This document shows, piece by piece, positions 1-9,078 of a stretch of DNA of 43,842 nt. Origin of the DNA: a virus (lineage: Duplodnaviria; Caudoviricetes). Each line of letters opens with the position of its first letter. The stretch's first letter is position 1. The position numbers were made by a program, and so were the translations under genes. Below the pieces are notes generated by a model, which did not search any database, had not been told where the DNA came from, and saw nothing but the letters and a program-made list of their open reading frames with translations. The DNA lies in IMG/VR virus record IMGVR_UViG_3300035145_000697, positions 1-43,842 of that record; one strand, written 5' to 3'.

Positions 1-3000
1 CTCAGACATATTGGTTCTGGTGGACTCAAGATATTTGTCGATGGTCGCGCAAGAGTCAATCCTCAGTGGGTTGCAGAGATCCAGATCGAACTCAAGGGTA
101 CTGCACACAGCAGTCTTTCCAAAGTCTTTACTGGAGAAGGAAGAATTCCTTCGTTCGTTGGAAAAGACGAGCGCAGAACATTTGCATACGAAGGCGAAGG
201 TCAACTATTTGGTCTTGGCGGTCTTGTCGAAAGCGTCAGCTTCAATCCAGACGAGAAGCAGATGCTCTTCTCCTTCTTTGGAGACGCAGGCGAATCGTTC
301 GTACCAAACTGGAATGGTACTGCTCGTGCAGAAATCTTTGGTACTGCAGAACCAGTCCTCAGAACATTTGGTTATCAGACAGAAGGAAGTCTGTTTGCAG
401 TCAGTGGCAGCGCAGAAAGAAGAACCTATCATTACAACGATTCTTCTATCAACTTCTATCAGAAGAGAGACTATCAAGGTCTTCCTGCTTCTGGTCAGAT
501 TACCAACATCGCAACCAGTCAAGTTCTTACTGGAACTGCTCCAACTTCAATCATTCAGATTGGATCTCCTGGAGCAGGTGTTGTTGCAACAGTTCAAAAT
601 ACATTCTCCATCAATCCTACTATTGGTTCTGTTGTTACAAGCAGTGTCGATTGTGGATTTATCACAAGCGAGAACAACGAAAGAACTGTCAGAGAAGACT
701 ACGGATTTACTTCCTACCCTGCTTCTCTACTCAGCAAAGTATCCGAATATCCATTCGGAAAAATCTCCAATCTTACCAGCGACTTCAGACAAGTCAAGAC
801 AAACTTCAGTCTGCTGCACATTGGTTCTGGATCTCTATTCACTCTTGTATCTACTACCAGCAGACTTGCACCAGTATACATTGGTTCTGGAAGACTGTTT
901 GGATTTGGTGGAGCAGTCGAGTCTGTTGGAGCAGTACCACCAGCAGAGACATTTACTTACAAGTTTGCTGGCACAGCAGACGAGGCATTTGCTCTCGGAT
1001 ACACTGGTCATGTCGATCTCAGAATCTCTGGTACAGCAGACGAGAGAGCAGCAACCGACACCCTCAGACAAGTCGATGTCGAAATCAGAGGTGGAGCGAA
1101 ATACAGATATGCACCAAACTGGAATGGTTCTGGTGTACTATTCTCTATCGGAGCAAGTTCCGAAGCGATTACAATCGACATTCCAGCGTTCCAGGCAGAT
1201 CTGGTATTCAAGGGAACCGCTGGAATCAGATCCACTATCGTCGAGTCCTTTACTGTACATACCAAACTATCTGGTATTGCAGTCGAGAGACAGACAGACA
1301 ACTATGTCGGTCAAGCAGATCTTCGTGTATTCAACGAGTCTGTTGTACCAATTATTACTCTGTCTCACTTTGGCGAAGGTCGCATCTTCGCACTCAGTGG
1401 AGCAGCAGAATCCTTTACTGCAAATCCAGAAGAGAAGACTGCACTATTCTCTCCAGTTGGTACAGCAGATGTACGAGTTGCTCGTGCAGAATCCTTCACT
1501 GCAAACATCAAACTATCTGGAACAACTGCACCAGAAATCCTTACATTTGCAGAGCAACCATTTGGTACAGTATCTGTATTTGGAGCAGCATCTTACAGAA
1601 TCGTCGATGTTCACCTTGGCGAAGGTACTCTATTCAGTATCGGTCAAAGTGCAGAAGCAATTACGATCAAAATCCCTGCATTCCAGGCAGATCTGGAACT
1701 CAAGGGTGCTGTTGCTCAGAGACGCACATTTGGTGGCAATATTGGATTCGGAAATCTATTTGTTTCTGGAACAACCGCACCAGAACTACTTACATTTGCA
1801 GAGCAACCAGAAGTACAAGTCGAAGTATTTGGAGTTGCAGAAACTCCAAGAGCTCGTGCTTACTCTGTCGAAGGTTCTATCTTCACAGTTGGATTCACCA
1901 ACGAAGCAATCACCAGAAAACTACCTGCATTCCAGGTAGACATTGCATTCCGTCCAGACAAAGCAGGTCTTCGTGCTGGTTACAGAGAAGTCAGTCAGGG
2001 TGGAACCATCCTGTTCTCTGGAGAAGTATCAGAACCAATCCTCACATTTGCAGAGCAACCAACAGTATTCGTCGATATCACAGGTGTTGGCGGAACAACC
2101 AGAGCTCGTGCATACGAAGCTGATGTCTTTATTGGTCACTTTGGTGGTGCTGCTGAGAGTATTACTCTCAAACTACCAGAGTTCCAGTCAGATATTGTAT
2201 TCCGTCCAGAAGCAGCTGGAATCAAGGCATCCGTTACAGAGGTTGGATTCACAACTTCTATTGTACGCGGCGAAGCAAGCGTCAAGTACATTCCAAACTG
2301 GATTGGTTCTGGTACTGTCGATCTATTTGTTTCTACAGAAACAAGTCTTACCAAGATCTACATTGGTACTGGTTCACTCAAGAAATTCTCTGGTGCGGCA
2401 GAGTCTGTCACCTTCAATCCAGAAGAAAGACAACTATTGTTCTCCTTCTCTGGTCAGAGAATTGCAGAAAAAGTTACTTTCAACCCACCAGAAGAAGGAG
2501 CACTTCTCGATTTCACTGGAGATGTATTCGAGAGATTCACACCAAACAATATTGGTACTGGTACAGTATTCACATCTGGTGTATCTACAAATTCTCTCAC
2601 CAAGATTTATATTGGCGATGGTCAACTGTTTGGTCTTGGTGGCGCAGCAGAATCTGTCACATTCAACCCAGACGAGAAAGAAGCACTCTTCGACTTTACT
2701 GGTGTTGGATTTATCAGATCTACAAGATCTTACATTGGCGATGGTTCTCTATTCGCAGTCAACGGTGCTGCAGAATCTACTGTTGTCGTACCACCAGCAG
2801 AAGGACTATTCAAATTCAGCGGTCTTGCTACAGAAAGAACATCCGCAGTCGAGACGGGCGGTGGTATTCTATTCAACTTCGTTACCAGCATCGAGCGTCG
2901 TACATTTGCACACAGCACAACAGGCGCACTTGATATTTCTGGTATCGCTGACATTGCAAGAGCAATTGATTACACTGGATTTGGTAATCTGTTTGCAGTT

Positions 3001-3615
3001 AATGGTGCTGCCGAATCTACAACAAATAGAATCACTGTTGAAGGTGACATTGCATTCAGTGGCGATGCTAAGGTTGTCTCTACCAGAAGATTTATTGGAT
3101 CTGGAACACTATTCGGATTCGACAGTGCAACTGAGTCTAGAACAATCGCTGTTTCTGCGAGAGCAATCTACGACTTTGTTGGTGCTGCTCGTCAGAGATT
3201 CACAAGAACTGTTACATCTGATATCAATCTTGAGATCTCTGGTTCCGCAGTTGAAAGATTCAGCAGAGGTGCGTGGATCACTACTGGTCAGGCTACAGTT
3301 CTTGGAGATACTCAGCACAGCTTTACTCGCACCGTATCTACATTCGGAACTGCAAGGGTACTCAACAAAGATGTTGTTCCTGTACTCACTAGAAATTACT
3401 TCACTACTGATGGGAACATCGATGTTAATGTTCTCACAACATATAAGAGAATTATCAAATACTTCGGTCATACAAACATCGAAGTTGATATTTCTACTAA
3501 GTATGTTGCTCCATTCCAGTTCTACACAGGTAGCACCGACGCAATTGTATTTGGTGAATCGAGAATCAAGTTTGTCCAGGTAACACCTCCAAGATCTTAT
3601 GGATGGATTATCTAA
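1..3615 (+). CDS. Very large repetitive virion structural / fibre-like protein, C-terminal part (5'-truncated by the window)
   Basis: Frame 1 is open from nt 1 (LRHIGSGGLKIF...) through the tracked ORF 262..3615, so ATG 262 is internal. Recurrent motifs: (Y/H)IGxGxLFxxxGAAES, PNWNG, LTFAEQP, IPAFQAD, FNPxE. Lies upstream of tail-fibre-type genes. Confidence 0.75.
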   Translation, partial: LRHIGSGGLKIFVDGRARVNPQWVAEIQIELKGTAHSSLSKVFTGEGRIPSFVGKDERRTFAYEGEGQLFGLGGLVESVSFNPDEKQMLFSFFGDAGESFVPNWNGTARAEIFGTAEPVLRTFGYQTEGSLFAVSGSAERRTYHYNDSSINFYQKRDYQGLPASGQITNIATSQVLTGTAPTSIIQIGSPGAGVVATVQNTFSINPTIGSVVTSSVDCGFITSENNERTVREDYGFTSYPASLLSKVSEYPFGKISNLTSDFRQVKTNFSLLHIGSGSLFTLVSTTSRLAPVYIGSGRLFGFGGAVESVGAVPPAETFTYKFAGTADEAFALGYTGHVDLRISGTADERAATDTLRQVDVEIRGGAKYRYAPNWNGSGVLFSIGASSEAITIDIPAFQADLVFKGTAGIRSTIVESFTVHTKLSGIAVERQTDNYVGQADLRVFNESVVPIITLSHFGEGRIFALSGAAESFTANPEEKTALFSPVGTADVRVARAESFTANIKLSGTTAPEILTFAEQPFGTVSVFGAASYRIVDVHLGEGTLFSIGQSAEAITIKIPAFQADLELKGAVAQRRTFGGNIGFGNLFVSGTTAPELLTFAEQPEVQVEVFGVAETPRARAYSVEGSIFTVGFTNEAITRKLPAFQVDIAFRPDKAGLRAGYREVSQGGTILFSGEVSEPILTFAEQPTVFVDITGVGGTTRARAYEADVFIGHFGGAAESITLKLPEFQSDIVFRPEAAGIKASVTEVGFTTSIVRGEASVKYIPNWIGSGTVDLFVSTETSLTKIYIGTGSLKKFSGAAESVTFNPEERQLLFSFSGQRIAEKVTFNPPEEGALLDFTGDVFERFTPNNIGTGTVFTSGVSTNSLTKIYIGDGQLFGLGGAAESVTFNPDEKEALFDFTGVGFIRSTRSYIGDGSLFAVNGAAESTVVVPPAEGLFKFSGLATERTSAVETGGGILFNFVTSIERRTFAHSTTGALDISGIADIARAIDYTGFGNLFAVNGAAESTTNRITVEGDIAFSGDAKVVSTRRFIGSGTLFGFDSATESRTIAVSARAIYDFVGAARQRFTRTVTSDINLEISGSAVERFSRGAWITTGQATVLGDTQHSFTRTVSTFGTARVLNKDVVPVLTRNYFTTDGNIDVNVLTTYKRIIKYFGHTNIEVDISTKYVAPFQFYTGSTDAIVFGESRIKFVQVTPPRSYGWII
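1186..2062 (+). repeat. Internal nucleotide-level repeats of the giant gene
   Basis: acatttgcagagcaacca occurs near 1543, 1792 and 2044; ttccaggcagatctgg near 1189 and 1681. These encode the TFAEQP and FQADL repeats. Confidence 0.8.
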
Positions 3616-3618
3616 TCC

Positions 3619-3626
3619 TATAAATA
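3619..3626 (+). promoter_or_regulatory. T4-type late promoter TATAAATA
   Basis: Exact gp55 consensus in the intergenic gap, 23 nt before ATG 3650. Confidence 0.85.
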
Positions 3627-3649
3627 CAAATGATATCTAAAAAACACTG

Positions 3650-4111
3650 ATGACAACTCAGGTTCAATTTAGAAGGGGTACTACAGCCGAACACGCACTG
3701 TTTACTGGTGCTGAAGGTGAGCTTACAATTGATACCGATAAGAATATGGCCGTCATTCATGACGGTAGTACGACTGGCGGTTTTGATGTTTTTAGAGCTA
3801 GATGGGAACTAATTAATTCTAGTCAAGTTCTTGGAACCTCACTCAGATATCTTGTAGACTCCTCAAGCGGTCCCCTAACACTTACGCTCCCTCTCTATAA
3901 TAATCAACTTGTTCCAAAAGCAGGTGATGTTATAGAGTTTATCGACGTAAAGTTCACATGGGATATAAATAATATTACTATTGTGGACCCTATCGGCAGA
4001 CAGTTTCAAAATACTTTTGGAGTAGTTGATTCTCCTCTAGTTTTTGATCTGAAAGGCGCAAGTGTTCAGTTAATATGGGAAGGCAGTTACTGGAGGGTAA
4101 TCGTATCATGA
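3650..4111 (+). CDS. Tail-fibre-associated protein (Mtd/hyaluronidase-type N-terminal motif plus a DSSSGPLTLTLP domain)
   Basis: N-terminal QFRRGTTAEH...GELTIDTD...HDG motif typical of phage fibre N-termini. C-terminal half resembles ORF 8731..9054. Confidence 0.65.
   Translation: MTTQVQFRRGTTAEHALFTGAEGELTIDTDKNMAVIHDGSTTGGFDVFRARWELINSSQVLGTSLRYLVDSSSGPLTLTLPLYNNQLVPKAGDVIEFIDVKFTWDINNITIVDPIGRQFQNTFGVVDSPLVFDLKGASVQLIWEGSYWRVIVS
3964..3971 (+). promoter_or_regulatory. Intragenic late promoter TATAAATA
   Basis: Exact consensus about 140 nt upstream of the next gene (4108). Confidence 0.5.
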
Positions 4112-4518
4112 CGATGTACATCAGCGATAGTTACAGAACTTCTGGCGGCGGCGGTGGCGGCACTGGCGGCGGTGGAGGTTTCTCTGGTAATAGCTATGAT
4201 TTGGGTAATGACTTTACTATTCACGCTCTTCGCAGAGATGAAGATGGTATGCTTCGCTACACCAAAATCAGAAGTATTGATGATGAGGTTATTGATTTCC
4301 ACAGACTTGATGGAACTCCTTACCTAGATATTGCGACTGGATTGTATGATTACGTAGAAGAAACTACGGAAGACAAATCATATGTCAATGATCCACAGGA
4401 TAAATATCAACAGTATAGATTTGATAGTAGGAAAATTACCTACTTCATCGATGATGATGGATATTTTGTTATCCGCTTTAACGAAGCATACGATTATACC
4501 ACCGAAGGACCTAAGTAA
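4108..4518 (+). CDS. Hypothetical (probably virion) protein with an N-terminal poly-Gly tract
   Basis: ATG 4108 overlaps the upstream TGA (ATGA coupling), so it is preferred over 4075. SGGGGGGTGGGGG linker followed by an acidic domain. Confidence 0.7.
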   Translation: MTMYISDSYRTSGGGGGGTGGGGGFSGNSYDLGNDFTIHALRRDEDGMLRYTKIRSIDDEVIDFHRLDGTPYLDIATGLYDYVEETTEDKSYVNDPQDKYQQYRFDSRKITYFIDDDGYFVIRFNEAYDYTTEGPK

Positions 4519-4530
4519 AGGAAAACACAA

Positions 4531-7500
4531 ATGGCAGATTTTAGACTTGGAAGACTAAAATTTAACTGGCGCGGTGATTGGGCGGCTGATACTGCCTATG
4601 TCATCGACGACATTGTTAAATTTGGTGCTAACACTTATGTCGCGACCGCGAACCATACTTCGGTCTCCACGGCGGCACAATGGTACTCCACTGATGTAAG
4701 CAACTGGTCGTTGCACACAGAGGGTATCTACAATACTGGTGACTGGGCGACAGCCACTTTCTATAGATTGAACGATATTGCCAAGTATGGTAATGTTCTC
4801 TATAGATGTACTGTTCCTCACACCGCTGGAGCTAACTTTGATCCTGCAAAGTTTGCTGATTATCTTGATGGTCTAAAGTTTGAAGATACTTGGGACGCAA
4901 GCACTGAATATCAAAAAGGTGATATTGTAACTTACGGTGGTTACTCTTACATCTGCTTATCGACAGTAACTGGTATTCAACCCAATAATGGTCTTGGCAC
5001 CACTTGGGAAATCCTAACAACTGGTTTCAAGGTTGTTGGTAACTGGGATGCAACTACAACATACAAGCCTGGTGATGTTGTCCTTCTAGGTGGTAACTCG
5101 TATGTTGCAAAAACTACTAATGTAAACTCTTCTCCTGCTGCTTCTGGTCAGACTGATTGGGACTTCATTGTTGGTGGTTTCACATGGAGAGGAACTTGGG
5201 ATGCAAGCACAGTTTACTTCCCAGGTGACGCAGTTTCTAGAAACAGCAACTCCTATATTTGTATTGCTCAATCTCAAGGTAATACACCAGAAACTGACAC
5301 CATTGGTCAATATTGGAACTCTCTAGCACAAGGTGCTCAGGCGAATGTTCTAACCACTGCTGGTGATATTCTTTATCAATCTGGATCTGGTCCTGCAAGA
5401 CTGCCTATTGGTAATGACGGTACAGTCTTAACAGTTGACTCTGATACTGGATATCCTACTTGGAAAAAGAATCAGGTAACTCAAAAAGTTTATTATGTTA
5501 CCCAAGAGGGTAGCGACAGCAACACTGGTGAGAACATCACAGAAGCATTCGCAACTCTTCGTCACGCTGTTGACAGCGTAAGTGGTCCTGCAACAATCTA
5601 TGTTAAGGCAGGTACTTACAATGAGATCCTTCCAATGCGTGTTCCTGAGGAAGTATCCATTGTTGGTGATAACCTAAGAACCACTCGTATCACACCTAGA
5701 GACGGTGAACCTTCTACAACGATTGAACTCGATCTTGCACAGGTTCCTGATAATCAGTATAAAGTTCTTGGTTCTACCGTAAACTCTGGTGACGGTTCAA
5801 AAACTGGTGAAGTTATTGATGTTAAGGATGGTGGTTCTACTATCGTTCTTAAGATTCAAGGATTCGCTGGTCATAGAAACGGTGATGCATACAACCTACT
5901 CAAAGCAAATACATCTTTCCTTGTAAAGGAAACACTTGCTAAGGCATCTGCTGGTGGTATTACTCTTTCATATCCACCTGGATCTGATCAAACTCAGTTT
6001 GAAAATGACCTAACTCTAATAGTTCAGGACATTTACACTAATGTTGGTTATGGTGGTAACGATCTAATTTATGACAGAATTGATACTCAACTAACTGGCA
6101 ACTACTGGAATGGTGGTGAAGCTGAAGTTGTTTCGATTCTTGGTTACATGAACCAGATCGCATATGACATCATCAACAATGTTCCTGTCACTGTAACTGG
6201 ATCTCATGGTATTACACAGGTAATTGATAACACAATTACTAACGATCCTAGTGGTTGTGCTGCAATCGAAGCAGCAATCGCTGCATTGATCCAAGTAGTT
6301 ACCGATGGTCTTACTGCTGGTAACCTCAGTGGCGTAACTAGAACTGCTAACAGCAGTCTCTGGACAACTTCTGACACCTATGAAGCTGGTGCAACTGACA
6401 TTGCTATCAATGGTGTTAACATTGTTAATAACGAGCACGCAACAATGTTCTTGCTCGGTAACAAGACAATGTTGAAGGATCTTGTTATGGATGGAATGAG
6501 CGGTTTCGTTCCTTCCACTAGTGATCCTAAGGACATGAACACCGCAACTGTTAAGGGTGTTTATGTAAGACTTGATCCTAATTCACCAATTACCAAGTCT
6601 CCTTATGTTTCTCAGTGTTCCTCCTTCGGTGGTACTGCAACTGGTGCAATTATCGATGGTGATGTTCACTCTAAGTGGGACGGTACTGCAACTCCTTCTA
6701 ACAAGTCAATCGTGTTTGACTCATGGACTCAAATCTATGAGGAAGGTGGTGTCGGTTTCTGGGTAACAAATAACGGTGCATCTGAAATCGTTTCTTGCTT
6801 CACCTACTACGCACACATCTCTTACACTGCTACTAGAGGCGGTAGAATTAGATCTCTCGCAGGTAACTCTTCCTGGGGTACATACGCTATCGTTTCTTCT
6901 GGTTTCAACCAGAACGAAGCAACACTTCAAGGAGAAATTGATGGTCTCCAATTACAGTATGATGTGGCAACTCTTGTCAACGGTCCTGGTGGAGACACCA
7001 TCTGGTCTAATGATGAGAGAATCATCGGTCTAACATCTGGAGCAATTGGTGAGATTGTTTCTGTTCAGGCAGGTGTTTATAAAATCCTTTACAGACCACT
7101 TAAAGGAACTTTCGTACAAGGTGAAGTTATCAGTGGTCAAACAACTAATGTTTCAGCAAACCTAGAAAATAACACAGATGCAGTTGGTGGACAAAACGGA
7201 TTCGTTCTTGTTCTAACTGGTTTATCTGCAGCACCTAAGCCTGGTGGTTCGATTGAATTCATCACTGGTCCTGGTGGACTTGGTGAAGAACCATTCACCT
7301 TTGTTGTTTCTAACTCCTCTTACACCGCACCTGTAGGTTATGGTACTCTGACAGTTGCTAGAGGACTACTTGGTTCTGCAGCTGCAACTCATGATGGTTT
7401 GGAAAATATCACCAGATATCAGTATGGTGATCCAACCACATTGAGTGCTGCAATTAACAATGCTACTGAAACTACAATCTTTGTTTCTTCTATTAGTGGA

Positions 7501-8310
7501 TTCTCCATCGGTGCATTCTGCGTTGTAGAAGATGAGATGATGAGCATCACCTCCTTCCCAACTGCAACTTCTATGGAAGTTGTTCGTGGAGTTGAAGGAA
7601 CAAATGCTGCTCCTCACAACTCTGGTTTAACAGTTCGTTCCATCGAAATCAAAGTCGTTGATCAGACAGATACTCGTAGAGATCTTGATGCTTCTCAGCA
7701 AGACATCAGAGTTACTGATGCTTCTGGTTTCAACATCAGTGACTTTATCAAGATTGATAACGAATTCATGCAGGTCAGTAACGCTCAGACAGATACCACT
7801 GGTACTGTTCTGGTTGTTCTTGCTGCTGAAAAACCAACCAGAACATATGATGGTCAGGGATATAAGATTAGATATTCCTACTCTCAGGTGCGTCTAACTG
7901 GTCATGACTTCCTGAACATCGGTAGTGGAACTAAGACACAAGTTAACTGGCCAGGTGAACCACTCGTACCACCTGCTCCAGGTAACGAAGTTACTGAAGA
8001 CTTCCCAGGTCGCGTATTCTTTGTTTCTACTGACCAAGACGGCAACTTCACTGTTGGTCGTTACTTCAGAGTTAACCAGGCAACTGGTAGCACAACCCTG
8101 AACGCTTCTTCCTTCGACCTATCTGGTCTATCGTCCTTGAGACTGGGTTCCATTGGTGCTCAACTTGGTGAAAGTATCACAGAATTCTCTTCTGATGTTA
8201 CTCTCTCCGCTAACAGCAACCAAAAGGTCCCAACTCAGCGTGCTGTTAAGACATATGTTGATAGCACTAGAACGACCAAGGGATATGTGTTCTGGGCAGG
8301 ATCGATTTGA
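4531..8310 (+). CDS. Large virion structural / tail-fibre protein with N-terminal CBM5/12-like repeats and a pectin-lyase-like region
   Basis: About five repeats W-x5-Y-xx-(G/D/N)D-x-V-x-(Y/F)G-x-xY in the first ~260 aa. YYVTQEGSDSNTG...AFATLRHA...IYVKAGTYNE motif typical of beta-helix N-caps. C-terminal SANSNQKVPTQRAVKTYVD. AAGGA RBS. Confidence 0.75.
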   Translation: MADFRLGRLKFNWRGDWAADTAYVIDDIVKFGANTYVATANHTSVSTAAQWYSTDVSNWSLHTEGIYNTGDWATATFYRLNDIAKYGNVLYRCTVPHTAGANFDPAKFADYLDGLKFEDTWDASTEYQKGDIVTYGGYSYICLSTVTGIQPNNGLGTTWEILTTGFKVVGNWDATTTYKPGDVVLLGGNSYVAKTTNVNSSPAASGQTDWDFIVGGFTWRGTWDASTVYFPGDAVSRNSNSYICIAQSQGNTPETDTIGQYWNSLAQGAQANVLTTAGDILYQSGSGPARLPIGNDGTVLTVDSDTGYPTWKKNQVTQKVYYVTQEGSDSNTGENITEAFATLRHAVDSVSGPATIYVKAGTYNEILPMRVPEEVSIVGDNLRTTRITPRDGEPSTTIELDLAQVPDNQYKVLGSTVNSGDGSKTGEVIDVKDGGSTIVLKIQGFAGHRNGDAYNLLKANTSFLVKETLAKASAGGITLSYPPGSDQTQFENDLTLIVQDIYTNVGYGGNDLIYDRIDTQLTGNYWNGGEAEVVSILGYMNQIAYDIINNVPVTVTGSHGITQVIDNTITNDPSGCAAIEAAIAALIQVVTDGLTAGNLSGVTRTANSSLWTTSDTYEAGATDIAINGVNIVNNEHATMFLLGNKTMLKDLVMDGMSGFVPSTSDPKDMNTATVKGVYVRLDPNSPITKSPYVSQCSSFGGTATGAIIDGDVHSKWDGTATPSNKSIVFDSWTQIYEEGGVGFWVTNNGASEIVSCFTYYAHISYTATRGGRIRSLAGNSSWGTYAIVSSGFNQNEATLQGEIDGLQLQYDVATLVNGPGGDTIWSNDERIIGLTSGAIGEIVSVQAGVYKILYRPLKGTFVQGEVISGQTTNVSANLENNTDAVGGQNGFVLVLTGLSAAPKPGGSIEFITGPGGLGEEPFTFVVSNSSYTAPVGYGTLTVARGLLGSAAATHDGLENITRYQYGDPTTLSAAINNATETTIFVSSISGFSIGAFCVVEDEMMSITSFPTATSMEVVRGVEGTNAAPHNSGLTVRSIEIKVVDQTDTRRDLDASQQDIRVTDASGFNISDFIKIDNEFMQVSNAQTDTTGTVLVVLAAEKPTRTYDGQGYKIRYSYSQVRLTGHDFLNIGSGTKTQVNWPGEPLVPPAPGNEVTEDFPGRVFFVSTDQDGNFTVGRYFRVNQATGSTTLNASSFDLSGLSSLRLGSIGAQLGESITEFSSDVTLSANSNQKVPTQRAVKTYVDSTRTTKGYVFWAGSI

Positions 8311-8319
8311 TCCCCATTT

Positions 8320-8327
8320 TATAAATA
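8320..8327 (+). promoter_or_regulatory. Late promoter TATAAATA
   Basis: Exact consensus, intergenic before 8372. Confidence 0.85.
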
Positions 8328-8371
8328 TTATCGAACTTACTTTCTTTTAGACACACCACAAGGAGAAAACA

Positions 8372-8692
8372 ATGGCTTCTGGAATTCTGGGGACTCAATC
8401 TTCCCTAGCTGCGGCAACCTTAACAACTGTATATACCGTTCCTGGTTCTACAGTTTCGTACCTCAACCTTAATATGGTCAACACAAATGCTACACCTGTT
8501 AGCGTTCGTGTTGCTCTAGCTGCAACCGACACACCTACACCTGGCGAGTACATTGAGTACAATGCTGAGATTGGTGGTTACGGCGTTTTGGAGAGAACTG
8601 GTGTTGCACTCGATGCAACCAAAAAAGTTGTAGCATTCGCTGATACAACTGGCGTCAGTATCTCCGTTTACGGTGTTGAAGAAACCGCTTAA
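8372..8692 (+). CDS. Small virion structural protein (beta-rich, TTVYTVP family)
   Basis: AAGGAG RBS and late promoter. Same domain appears twice in 21727..22860 (TVLYTVP, VRVRVGV/FRIAI, Y(I/L)xY(D/N), GxSxSxYG-like end). Confidence 0.7.
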   Translation: MASGILGTQSSLAAATLTTVYTVPGSTVSYLNLNMVNTNATPVSVRVALAATDTPTPGEYIEYNAEIGGYGVLERTGVALDATKKVVAFADTTGVSISVYGVEETA

Positions 8693-8699
8693 TTTTTTC

Positions 8700-8707
8700 A
8701 ATAAATA
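8700..8707 (+). promoter_or_regulatory. Late promoter AATAAATA
   Basis: NATAAATA, intergenic before 8731. Confidence 0.75.
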
Positions 8708-8730
8708 AACACATAGGAGTATAAAGACCC

Positions 8731-9054
8731 ATGGGACGAGTATTATCAACACCATCAGATACTAGAGAGACTCTCGCAGTAACCTCTAATCATAATGTCC
8801 TAGCAGGACAGATCCTGCTACTCGACACAACCGCAGCAGTTTTTGATTTGACTTTGCCAGCTAACCCAAGAGTAGGTGACAGAATCAATCTAATTGACGC
8901 TGCTGGAAACTGCGGCAATAACAAAGTAAATGTCTTACGCAACGGTCATAAGATCGCTAACTTGGCGGAAGATCTTGACTTTGATATCAAGAATGCATCT
9001 CTGGAGCTAATCTACACAGGTTCTGCTTTTGGATGGTCGATTCTATCTAACTGA
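8731..9054 (+). CDS. Small tail/baseplate-fibre domain protein
   Basis: DTTAAVFDLTLPANPRVGDRINLIDAAG...V.RNG.KI motif common in T4-like fibre proteins. AGGAG RBS. Confidence 0.7.
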   Translation: MGRVLSTPSDTRETLAVTSNHNVLAGQILLLDTTAAVFDLTLPANPRVGDRINLIDAAGNCGNNKVNVLRNGHKIANLAEDLDFDIKNASLELIYTGSAFGWSILSN

Positions 9055-9078
9055 TAAACTAACAGAGGGAACACTAGA

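Noticed and set aside
262-264. ATG 262 as the gene start
   Set aside because: The frame is open to nt 1 with the same repeat motifs.
11-3583. ORFs 11..1939, 66..2123 and 1943..3583 as independent protein genes
   Set aside because: Their composition mirrors frame-1 codon bias and shows no motifs. Treated as a consequence of stop-triplet avoidance and reported as a finding, though translation cannot be excluded.
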